DNA of 63,259 nucleotides, counting the filler, from Octopus bimaculoides (taxonomy: Eukaryota): assembly GCF_001194135.2 (NCBI RefSeq). It is 3 parts of 3 records of this genome, joined end to end, with 100 filler letters (N's around TTAATTAATTAA, not from the genome) between each part and the next. Parts side by side here need not be neighbours in the genome. Positions count along the whole stretch, not along the records: positions 1 to 16,330 come from NC_068981.1; 2 more parts are not named here. The stretch is one strand, 5' to 3'. The position numbers and the translations under genes were made by a program. The notes under the pieces were generated by a model, which worked only from the letters and a program-made list of their open reading frames with translations, did no database searches and was not told the DNA's origin. Shown here piece after piece: positions 1 through 12,199 of the stretch; positions within the stretch are counted from its first letter, which is position 1; each line of letters starts with the position of its first letter.

Positions 1-287
1 GAGCATTACCTTAAATGCAATATGAAGAGCAATCTTCAGCTGCACGAAAAAATGTAGAAAAAAAGACATATTACAAATGTGGCAACATATTAAAACCAAG
101 TGGGAGAGAGCAGAGGAAGAATATATAAGTCCATCTTGACATAGCAGGGTCTATCAGGCTAGCATGAAACGTGCGTACTGCAATCACTTTTGAAATCCGT
201 GTTGCTTATTATTTGATTTTAATCACCCATCCTTTTGGGATGTGAAATTCGGGTGCCTTCGCATAAGTACCATATTCAAGCCTTGAA

Positions 288-326
<39 letters not shown>

Positions 327-627
327 TCAATATCCAGGCACACCGATATACACACGTTAGCGCATGACATATATGCACGTAAATTCGAAGTAACATGTGT
401 GCTGTAAACACACACACACACAATAAATGCATGGATATACACCTGTGCACGCGCTTGTATGCTTATACGCATGCTTATATGCTTGTGTATGAGTGTGTGT
501 ATGTATGTGTGTGTGTGTGTGGGGGGTTGTAAATGTATGTGTGTATATATTCATGTATCTGTACGTGCGTGTAGTAGAGAGAGGAAGAGAGAGAGCGTAA
601 CATATATGAGCCGAAAGGTATATATAT

Positions 628-658
<31 letters not shown>

Positions 659-1365
659 TGTACATATACAACATATATACAGACTCACNNNNNNNNNNTA
701 TATATATATATATACGCACACACACACGTATATATCTTTATTAGTGCGTGTGTAAATGTCTTAATTTATGTGAAAGTAGTTTTCCACCCTCAACTTATTC
801 GGCCAATACTAAATTTGATTTCAGATCGGTTACAATGGATAGTCTCTGCTGTTTCACGTTCAAATATTGTAGTAGGTACATTAATTCTGCAGAAATACAG
901 ATGTATAGAATTATATACACGAACGAAAACACATTCACGCACGCTCAAAGCCAGCGTACAACGTGTCTATGTACATATATATTCGCACAAGCTTTTGCAA
1001 ACATAAATAATTAGAACACACACCCTTGCACGCACGCGCATACACACATATAGACATACACATGTATATATACGTTGTACATGTGATTATCCATATGTGC
1101 TTGCTTACACAGAAATGTCAATGTTTACACGCATAATCCATTTAGCACACCTATATACAATCCTATATGTATGTACGCAAATGTATACACAAGTATAATT
1201 CCGCGTAGGCTTATACACATATGCTTACATACATGTGTAAGTATGTATAACTAACTGAACACTTATGTAGAATTCAATCCTTGATTAACAGATGTTCATG
1301 CGTGTGCCACCACGCAAATTATCTATCTATCTATCTATCTCTATGTCCATTTACGTAACTTACTC

Positions 1366-1406
<41 letters not shown>

Positions 1407-1601
1407 GGTCTGCATGTCTGTCTATCTACATAAATGTTTCCTCCTTTATCTGTCTCCACACATGCATGCATACAGTTTATATACGTAACCTATCTGTTGT
1501 GTGTTTCTGTTCATTTGTATGCACATGAGTGAATGTATCTATATATGTCATCACATATACAGTTAGCAAGGTGAGACACACATAAGAAAGAAGGAAACAA
1601 A

Positions 1602-1646
1602 GGACCACTGATGAGGTCACAGAAGTGTGACGAAAGAACTCTGGCC
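1602..1646 (+). ncRNA. Minimal type-I hammerhead ribozyme motif (Penelope-like end)
   Basis: GGACCA-CTGATGA-G-GTCACA-gaag-TGTGAC-GAAA-GaaC-TC-TGGCC. Intact core, 6-bp stem II, 2-bp stem III, CUC cleavage triplet and imperfect stem I, followed by an (ATTAAG)n tail. Confidence 0.6.
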
Positions 1647-1771
1647 GAAATAAGATTAAGATTAAGATTAATGTAATATAAAGCTGAAAAAAAAAAAAAA
1701 AAAAAATTAACACCAAATATACAGTGCGTGTGTTTTTATTGGCTAAACTGGCAATATGACCATCCCCAAGT

Positions 1772-1821
<50 letters not shown>

Positions 1822-2719
1822 CAATGTATATGCATATATATGTGTAAATATTTAGTTGTCAAGAACTTCTGTTCAGGAATACAGAACGAAACACTTGCAT
1901 ACGAACTGTTATACATAAATATACACACGCTAATCATTGTTTCATTGTTATCCCTGTTTGTACAAATTTATTCTGGCCATGACCATCCTGACTATACGTT
2001 GCACTAGTATTGGTCCCATTACATTACGCGAAGGTATTTTTTTTTTATTTTTAATATGGTAGCCTATAATATACGTGCATCCTTATAATATGCATACATA
2101 CATGCATACATACATACATACATACATACATACATACATACATACAACAGACACACAGACAGGCATGCATGCATACATGTGTGTGTGCGTATCTGTATAT
2201 ACATGCGTGCATCTGTGCGAACAGAAATATATATTTGTAATATATCTGCTAACATTAATATATGTATACATGTATGTATATGTATATGTATAAACATATA
2301 TATATTTATATATATATAATTTATCAATGAGCAATTTTGTCTCTCTCCCTCTCTTTCTCTCTTCCCCCTCTTTCTCTTTCTCTCTCTCTCTCTCTATCTC
2401 TCCCAATATATATATATATATATATATATATGGGTTTCTCTTTGACTTATCGTATTTTTAAACTTGCTACCTTTGCTCATTTGCTGTACCGCTAATGTTA
2501 AGGGGACGTAAACACACCAACTCCGGTTAATAATCGGGGTGACAGACACAGATACAGACACACAAACACACACACACATATGTATATATACATGTATGTA
2601 TATATGGGCATTAGACACCCAAGTATACATATGCATATATGCATATATGTACATATGTATATGTACGAATATATATAAATACATACATACATACATATAT
2701 ATATACATATGTATATTAC

Positions 2720-2829
<110 letters not shown>

Positions 2830-2885
2830 NNNNNNNNNNNNNNNNNNNNNNNNNNNNNNNNNNNNNNNNNNNNNNNNNNNNNNNN

Positions 2886-2954
<69 letters not shown>

Positions 2955-3159
2955 AATATATATGTGTGTGTGTGTGCGTGTGTGTGTGTGTAATATGCAC
3001 ACGAATGATATACGCATGTGTGTATTTGGATGATTATGTATTTCTAATCCGAAACCATCGCACGCGCGTAAGCACACACACACACATACACACACTCACA
3101 CATACATACACGCGAACACACACACACTCCCACAAACGTACACCCATCCACACATACAC

Positions 3160-3196
<37 letters not shown>

Positions 3197-3523
3197 AAAA
3201 GCACAAACACACAAGAAGCTGACTTACAACGCGCACATGGTGCACGTAGAAACATATCGTTGTATTGATTGACAGATCGATTGGAATGTATTGTCAGCCT
3301 CCTATTGATCTGGTAATCGGTAATAGTGCATATAAAACGCATGAATGACTCTCGTCTGTTGATATTTTTTCTTTTGCCTTATTTTTCGTTTTATTTTATA
3401 CGCTTTCTCTATTTTCTTTTCATGTTATTTATTTTCATATACATTTCATATATTATTACTATTTTATTGTTGTGCATTCTACATACTCATTGAAATATAT
3501 ATGTATGTGTTTGAATTCGTGAG

Positions 3524-3578
<55 letters not shown>

Positions 3579-3750
3579 ATCTGTGAGTGTGTGAGAGTGC
3601 GTGTGTCTACTGCATTCATGTGTGTATACATTATATATGCAATATATAGTGTGGTGTGTATATGCATACACATGTACATAAACATGCATAAAACATTTAT
3701 ATATGTATGTATATATATATATATATATGCATATGCCTGTGTGTCGATGT

Positions 3751-3789
<39 letters not shown>

Positions 3790-4700
3790 NNNNNNNNNNN
3801 NNNNNNNNNNNNNNNNNNNNNNNNNNNNNNNNNNNNNNNNNNNNNNNNNNNNNNNNNNNNNNNNNNNNNNNNNNNNNNNNNNNNNNNNNNNNNNNNNNNN
3901 NNNNNNNNNNNNNNNNNNNNNNNNNNNNNNNNNNNNNNNNNNNNNNNNNNNNNNNNNNNNNNNNNNNNNNNNNNNNNNNNNNNNNNNNNNNNNNNNNNNN
4001 NNNNNNNNNNNNNNNNNNNNNNNNNNNNNNNNNNNNNNNNNNNNNNNNNNNNNNNNNNNNNNNNNNNNNNNNNNNNNNNNNNNNNNNNNNNNNNNNNNNN
4101 NNNNNNNNNNNNNNNNNNNNNNNNNNNNNNNNNNNNNNNNNNNNNNNNNNNNNNNNNNNNNNNNNNNNNNNNNNNNNNNNNNNNNNNNNNNNNNNNNNNN
4201 NNNNNNNNNNNNNNNNNNNNNNNNNNNNNNNNNNNNNNNNNNNNNNNNNNNNNNNNNNNNNNNNNNNNNNNNNNNNNNNNNNNNNNNNNNNNNNNNNNNN
4301 NNNNNNNNNNNNNNNNNNNNNNNNNNNNNNNNNNNNNNNNNNNNNNNNNNNNNNNNNNNNNNNNNNNNNNNNNNNNNNNNNNNNNNNNNNNNNNNNNNNN
4401 NNNNNNNNNNNNNNNNNNNNNNNNNNNNNNNNNNNNNNNNNNNNNNNNNNNNNNNNNNNNNNNNNNNNNNNNNNNNNNNNNNNNNNNNNNNNNNNNNNNN
4501 NNNNNNNNNNNNNNNNNNNNNNNNNNNNNNNNNNNNNNNNNNNNNNNNNNNNNNNNNNNNNNNNNNNNNNNNNNNNNNNNNNNNNNNNNNNNNNNNNNNN
4601 NNNNNNNNNNNNNNNNNNNTATACACACATATTTAAGGTATATTTATATAAATATGTATATATACGTATGCACACACACGCGCACACACACATATATATT

Positions 4701-4870
4701 CTTCGAAACGTCTGTGTTAGAATGGGGGTAGCTGATGAAGGAAAATGTTCTCTATGTGGCCTGTGTGTTTTCTGTACTGTGGTTATTATTATTTTTTTTT
4801 CTCTACGTTTAGTTTGCAATGTCCTGTACCCAGATATGCACCTATATATACAGGTAGACGTAGGTATGCA
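4701..4870 (+). mobile_element. Interspersed repeat fragment, probably Penelope-like terminal region
   Basis: Homologous to 40818-41040 (CTTCGAAAC...CTGATGAAG..AATGTTCT.TATGT...GTC.TGTACCCA.ATATGCA). The Penelope assignment is inferred from the CTGATGA/CGAAAC boxes. Confidence 0.4.
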
Positions 4871-5103
4871 CATACCTATACGTATATATGCATATACTCA
4901 TTTATTATTTGTTTTATATATATATACTTATATATATATAGATGCACACACATCTACATATACATACATGCATGCATACATACATGCGTACACATATAAG
5001 GCACCTGCCTGTTGCTCCTTCACCTGTCTTCGCCTTTTGTTTTCTGTAAATTTGAACAATATATATATACATACATATACACACACACACTCAGACATGC
5101 ACA

Positions 5104-5154
<51 letters not shown>

Positions 5155-5439
5155 NNNNNNNNNNGCATGCATGCATGTATGTATGTATGTATATACCTAC
5201 ATAATTTCACGTAGTGATTTTCAAACTTGACAAGGTCTTCTAATTCTCATATTACTTTCGTGGCTGTTACTCATTTATATTTTGCATGGCGTTGGTATTT
5301 TCCTGTGTATAAACAATTCATACTGTACATGTCGAAAATGAGATTGAAGATATTTAAATAATCTATACACAGGCAAATACTTTTAAAATGTATACTTGTA
5401 GCTTATTTTCAAGGCTTGAAAGATTCTTAATTCGGTAAA

Positions 5440-5488
<49 letters not shown>

Positions 5489-6365
5489 NNNNNNNNNNNN
5501 NNNNNNNNNNNNNNNNNNNNNNNNNNNNNNNNNNNNNNNNNNNNNNNNNNNNNNNNNNNNNNNNNNNNNNNNNNNNNNNNNNNNNNNNNNNNNNNNNNNN
5601 NNNNNNNNNNNNNNNNNNNNNNNNNNNNNNNNNNNNNNNNNNNNNNNNNNNNNNNNNNNNNNNNNNNNNNNNNNNNNNNNNNNNNNNNNNNNNNNNNNNN
5701 NNNNNNNNNNNNNNNNNNNNNNNNNNNNNNNNNNNNNNNNNNNNNNNNNNNNNNNNNNNNNNNNNNNNNNNNNNNNNNNNNNNNNNNNNNNNNNNNNNNN
5801 NNNNNNNNNNNNNNNNNNNNNNNNNNNNNNNNNNNNNNNNNNNNNNNNNNNNNNNNNNNNNNNNNNNNNNNNNNNNNNNNNNNNNNNNNNNNNNNNNNNN
5901 NNNNNNNNNNNNNNNNNNNNNNNNNNNNNNNNNNNNNNNNNNNNNNNNNNNNNNNNNNNNNNNNNNNNNNNNNNNNNNNNNNNNNNNNNNNNNNNNNNNN
6001 NNNNNNNNNNNNNNNNNNNNNNNNNNNNNNNNNNNNNNNNNNNNNNNNNNNNNNNNNNNNNNNNNNNNNNNNNNNNNNNNNNNNNNNNNNNNNNNNNNNN
6101 NNNNNNNNNNNNNNNNNNNNNNNNNNNNNNNNNNNNNNNNNNNNNNNNNNNNNNNNNNNNNNNNNNNNNNNNNNNNNNNNNNNNNNNNNNNNNNNNNNNN
6201 NNNNNNNNNNNNNNNNNNNNNNNNNNNNNNNNNNNNNNNNNNNNNNNNNNNNNNNNNNNNNNNNNNNNNNNNNNNNNNNNNNNNNNNNNNNNNNNNNNNN
6301 NNNNNNNNNNNNNNNNNNNNNNNNNNNNNNNNNNNNNNNNNNNNNNNNNNNNNNNNNNNNNNNNN

Positions 6366-6422
<57 letters not shown>

Positions 6423-8254
6423 CATGAAATATGTATGCATGTATATTGGTATTTATGCACATGCTTCAAAATCAGCTTGATTCCATGTGATTTTATACCG
6501 TATGGCGATATAATAACTTGGGATGTTGGTGACACATGGGCTTGAAAATGATTTTAATCAACTTAGATAACTGAACAGATTTTATATTCCGGATTTCAAT
6601 AAATCTCTGTCAACTGGAATCCTTCAGTTGACTACAGAGGTAACATTTAGTGGTTTGTGCTTTGTTTTTCTGTTGTTTTATTTATTTCTTGTGTATCGAT
6701 TTTATTTGACTGAATTTATCATTACTTGATCGGTTTTGTGTAAGAAAGTGTTAGGCAAGGAAGAAGTCAGTTATAGTTATTTCTGTTGCATTGTATCCCT
6801 CTTCTTTATAGCTTTGTTATCGCTTAGTACTATATTCTGTGCAGCACGTCAGTCTGTTGTTGGATGGTTCCAGTTGCAAATTTTTTTTTTCTGAGAAAAG
6901 ATTGCTAACCCCCATCTCCCCATTCAATCTTCTCCATTTGTGAAGTATATAATTCAATGAGTGGATCTTCCCTCTCATGTTCGGTTTTTTTACAGTTCAA
7001 ATTCGCTTTCGGCCCTCAACTTCTGATGGATTCATGACCTGGTGTATCCCAATTCTCTTCACGTTTGAGCACAGCTAATTTCTTCCAGAATGAGAGACAG
7101 TCTGACAACTAGAAAGAAAATGCGAGTGAAAAAGAGACAGAGAGATATCATCCCTAGTGCGGGATTTGTATTTTATTTATTGATCCCAAAATGATGAAGC
7201 AAAAGTTGGCCTTGGTGTGATTTGAAAGTAGAGCACAGAGAATCGAAACTATTACCACACAACAATCTATATAATGCCGTAAAACATTATGAATTGGCTT
7301 CCTTAATGCAAAGAAGAGTAGTAAGAGAGATGAACGATCAACTATATTTGTTACTTTATTTATCGAACACGGTATGAATGCGAATGGAAATTGCCTACGA
7401 CCGGATTTTGACTCGGAGCGTAAAGTGCCGGAACTGATAACGAGAATTATTGTAACCGACACTCTAACGACTGTTCCAGATAGCTGTCATTATATTGCCG
7501 TCCAGAGTAGTCTTATTAAGTGCTTTATAAACCAGACATACTCACATACAAATACACATAAACATATATACTTACTGTGTTGAATCATTCACACACATCC
7601 ATCATTTGCAAACTGATTCATTTCTGTTTTTTTTACTTTACTTTTCTATTTTAGTTAACTTATCAATAACATCATTTTATTTTTGTTTAAATTTGTTTTT
7701 ACTCGTACATCTTCTACATGTCCGGTTGAATGACGATCACAATATGTAAGCGAGAGATTTATGGCCTTATATAATTAATGAAGGAGAAACAATGACATGT
7801 CCGCCTCTCTCATTAGAAAAAAAAAGCTAAAACAAATGAGAACAACAACAACAACAACAGTAGAATAATAATAATAATAATAATACAATAGCACAACCAT
7901 AAAGTTATCAATATATCATCGTAAAACCATGCTATTAGTAGTTTGGGCGTGATAGTGTGGGGGCAAGTACTTGAGAAACTTAACACCATTCCTACGTTTT
8001 AACCCCAGACATCAATGATTAATTTTTAGCTTCGATATGAAGAAATGCCAAATCTCAAAAATTATATAACAATCAACTTCATCTAAATCTTTCTTTTATG
8101 CTACACCCTGTACAATTTATACACCCAGTACACCCAGTACACCCAGTACAATTTATAACTCGGAGCTGTGAGGTAGCAAACACGCAGGAACATCATGGAC
8201 TATCAACACCGTCTGTCGCTTGTTGAGTATTAGAAATAACATTAATTATTCGTA

Positions 8255-8430
8255 ATTTAGGCACAAGGCCCGCAAATTTGAAGAGAGGAGGCTGGCCCTT
8301 ATTATCGACTCTAGTACTTAACTGGTATGTTATTCTGTCTTCCGGGATATTGAAAGGCAAATTTGACTCAGACCGATATTTCAGGTTGAAACGTAAAAAG
8401 CGGGAGAAAATACCTACAAAGCATTTCTTC
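8255..8430 (-). mobile_element. Decayed SINE-A relic
   Basis: Degenerate match to the SINE-A body of the 9778-9995 copy (GGCACAAGGCC...GAAAGGCAAA...GCATTTC). Confidence 0.55.
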
Positions 8431-8580
8431 CGACGTTAGATTCAAGGCCAGAAATGTAGAAAGGAAGAGAACAGAATATTATATGGACTCTAGTACATGC
8501 CTGGCCTCGATGAGATTTGAACATGGAACGCGAAAAGCCATGACTAAATGCTACAAGGCATTTCTTCACCAGTATAAAGA

Positions 8581-9016
8581 TTCTTTTTTACTTGTTTCAG
8601 TCATTTGACTACACCCATGCTGGAGCACCGCCTTAAAGGGTTTTAGTTGAAGAAATCGACCATAGAACTTATTCTTTGTGAGCCTAGTGATTATTCTATC
8701 GGAATTATTTGCCGAACCGCTACGTTACGTGGACGTAAACATACCAGCAATGGTTGTCAAGCGATGGCCGGGTGGGGGAAAAACACAAACACACACATAC
8801 ACAAACACACACACAAAACACAAACACACACACACACACATATATATTTTTTTACGACGAGCTTCTTTCAGTCTCCCTCTACCAAATCCACTCACACAGC
8901 TTTGTACGGCCCAAGACTATAGTGAAAGACATTTGCCCAAGGTACAACGCAGTGGGACTGAACTCGGAACCATGTGGTCGGGAAGCAAGCTTCTTACGAC
9001 ACAGCCACGCCTGCAC
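8581..9016 (-). mobile_element. SINE-B, full length (tRNA-derived head, CORE-like ACCTTGGGCAA box, central TA/TG microsatellite)
   Basis: The minus strand begins GTGCAGGCGTGGCTGTGTCGTAAG (A-box), has B-box GAGTTCAGTCCC and ends GACTGAAACAAGTAAAAAAAGAA. Homologues occur at several other loci in the window. Confidence 0.85.

Positions 9017-9067
<51 letters not shown>
9017..9067. repeat. (TTA)n trinucleotide tract (tail of the adjacent minus-strand SINE-A relic)
   Basis: Directly visible. Confidence 0.9.
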
Positions 9068-9069
<2 letters not shown>

Positions 9070-9737
9070 AGGCTTTCAAAAGGTGGCCCAAAATATGCCG
9101 AGAAGTGTGATCGATTTAATGGTCCTCAGTATATGACTGGTACTTTATATCGCATCTCTCTCCTATTTCATCAGTAAAAAAGGATATTGATACCCGACTC
9201 CAGGAGGAATTTTAACTGACAACGTAGCACAGCGAACAAAAAAAATATCACAAGATCTTTTGTTCGGCATTCTGGCGACTTTGTCTCTCAACCATGCTAA
9301 TAACGACACAAATATAATAATTTCTAAGATAGATGTTAAAGACTACATATAATGGAGTGGGGTGCGTTAGTGTGTTAACTTGACTTCTATACTTAGCAGA
9401 TACTTTCGCAATACTTTCTGTTATCGACTTCGGAAAAATGAGGTGTGAATTTAAACTCGGCGAGATTTGAAATCATGAACATAAAGGGCTGCAACTGAAT
9501 ACTGCAAAACCTGTGTTTCTAACAATACGGCCAAGTTAAGTGATAAGATCTGTTCCAAATTTTGGCACAAGGTCAACAAATACAATCGGGTGTAAGTCGA
9601 TAAGACCGAGCCCAGAGCTCATTTAGTACTTATTTTAGCGCCCACGAAAGGATACAAGGTAAATTTCATATCGGTAGCATTTGAACTTAGAACGTAAGGA
9701 GAAGAAAGAAACGCTGTCAAGAATTTTGTTTTGTTCT

Positions 9738-9777
<40 letters not shown>

Positions 9778-9778
<1 letters not shown>

Positions 9779-9995
9779 CCTTTCTACTATAGGGACAAGG
9801 CCTGATTTTTTTTTTGTGAGGGGGGATAGCCGATTATATCGAACCCAGTACTCAACTGGTACTTAATTTATCGACCCCGAAAGGATGAAAGGTAAAGTCG
9901 ACCTCGCCGGAATTTGAACTCAGAACGTAGCGACAGACGAAATACCGCTAAGCAGTTCGTCCGGCGTGCTAACGATTCTGCCAGCTCACCGCCTT
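9778..9995 (-). mobile_element. SINE-A, young copy with (TAA)n tail at 9739-9777
   Basis: The minus strand reads AAGGCGGTGAGCTGGCAGAATCGTTAGCACGCCGG...GAGTTCAAATTCCGGCGAGGTCGAC...; CpGs are retained. Confidence 0.9.
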
Positions 9996-10167
9996 AATAT
10001 TNNNNNNNNNNNNNNNNNNNNNNNNNNNNNNNNNNNNNNNNNNNNNNNNNNNNNNNNNNNNNNNNNNNNNNNNNNNNNNNNNNNNNNNNNNNNNNNNNNN
10101 NNNNNNNNNNNNNNNNNNNNNNNNNNNNNNNNNNNNNNNNNNNNNNNNNNNNNNNNNNNNNNNNNNN

Positions 10168-10250
<83 letters not shown>

Positions 10251-11079
10251 AGTTGTATAAATGTATGTGTTCATATATATTTATACATATATATATATAC
10301 ACACACGCATATATATATACATTTATATGAACACATACATATATATATATACACACACATATATACATATAAATATACAAGCATACATAAATAAATGTAT
10401 GTGTGTATGCTTAAATATATGTGTGTGAGTGTGTGTATATGTATATGTATGTATGTACGTACACATATTCATGCACACACATATATTAGTGGGACTATAT
10501 CGATTGTTTGCGGGTGAAGGTGCGTTTAAAACTCGAGACGTGTGAAATGAAATTAAATATTATAACATTCGAATGGAACATTCTGCTGTCTCGCCCCCAT
10601 GACTTATGTCAATCTGGCTAATGTTGGAATATAAAATAAGTTAAAATAAATTTATAAATAAATGACAAAATGCCAACTCTTTCTCCATTAATGATATCGT
10701 ATAAACATCCCTGTAAACAAAGATGTTAAACAAAATATGATATTTTTTGTCGTTTAGGAATCATAAAGTATAGATAGATTAATACATGAGAGAAGATAAT
10801 TGACATAGAAAAAAGGAACAAAATCAAACAAACAAACCTCCAGCTTTGGAAAATAAAAGATAAAAAGTTAGTATATTTGTCCAGCTTTAATTAAAAGATG
10901 TTGATCCAACTTGGCCGAGAAATCAAAATGCTTTCTCCTTTTTACATAGTCCTTCGTGTGGCTCTCAGTTATAACCGAAACCTCAAACATCTTTAAGAAA
11001 ACGAGGAAATATGTTAAGCAAGAAGTAAATCACAGATATTAAGAAACTAGTAGCATATAAAGTGAGTATATGCCTATAC

Positions 11080-11116
<37 letters not shown>

Positions 11117-11469
11117 CATATCTATATGCTTTCACGTAATCATGTCGACCATAGTAGTAACTCCGTGTCAGTAAAAGTAACAGCGTAGCAGCTATGTGGA
11201 ATAATAACACGTGTAAAATGTAAATGCCAGTGCCCGGATGTATCGGTAACACCTTGTAGACAACAGCAAAATTGATGTAGATGCAACAGATTTAGATGTA
11301 GAGGCAAGCATTCGGGAATTTGCAGTGGTTGCCACGGGACTTTGTCAAATAGTGGATATAGATCTATTGTCAAACAACTGCTGGCGAATGTTGTGGGTGG
11401 GTGTTGACGACGTCGATGGAAATTAAAAAAAAAGAAGGAAAAAAAAACGTGTTTTCGTAGAGCCAATGA

Positions 11470-11945
11470 GAGAGCAAGCCTTTACGTGGTCATCGATCTG
11501 TTAGAAATAGCAACCAAATATCGCTCAACACCGAAGTGTCTTGAAAAAAAATACATAATCAAAACTAGGATTACATGTTTGATGATGCTGTCTGAGATAG
11601 ATAATGTCTGAAAAGAATGGGATGGACACTGTCGGAACGCCTTTGATCATAGGCCTGCTCAGTCAGGGTTGACCTGGGGCGGGGCTAGACCACACCAACA
11701 CCACCAACAACAAAATCCAGCGAGGGAGCTTCGACATGGTTTGTGCTCTGCTAGAAACTGTAGCCAAAACTCACTTAAATCACACCGCACCGTAAATCCT
11801 GTGTTCACTGTACGTTGGAAAAATATGGGATGGCCATGGCTGGAATACTTTTGATCATAGGCTTGCTCAATGATAGTCGACATGAGGACGGGTTAAACAA
11901 CAATAACAACAACAACAACAACAACAACAATAACAACAACAACAT
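11470..11945 (+). mobile_element. Two head-to-tail SINE-C 3' portions with (CAA)n tails
   Basis: GGGATGG(A/C)CA.(T/G)G..GGAA..C.TTTGATCATAGGC.TGCTCA occurs at ~11620 and ~11830, each followed by a CAA-rich tail. Confidence 0.6.
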
Positions 11946-12199
11946 CTTCCCCGGAGGGCAGCGCTCGGATGCACAGTGAGGACAAGTTGTTGATGCATTG
12001 ACAGCAGCAGCAGACGAGAATGGGTTGTAATGTAGCACGTGTGGCAAGAAGATACAAAAGCAGTATCTCGGATGTTGCGCTATCGATGGTAGCTGAGCTG
12101 CTGTTGAGAAACTGACTGACAGCGATTGTAGGCGGATGGATAGATAGCTGGCTGGCTGGCTGGATGGATGGATGTGACACATGTGTTCTTGTAGTGGTA

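Noticed and set aside
6996-7078. Peptide QIRFRPSTSDGFMTW after a good splice acceptor, reminiscent of a laminin-G strand
   Set aside because: The similarity is short, the frame closes at 7078 and there is no convincing donor; probably chance.
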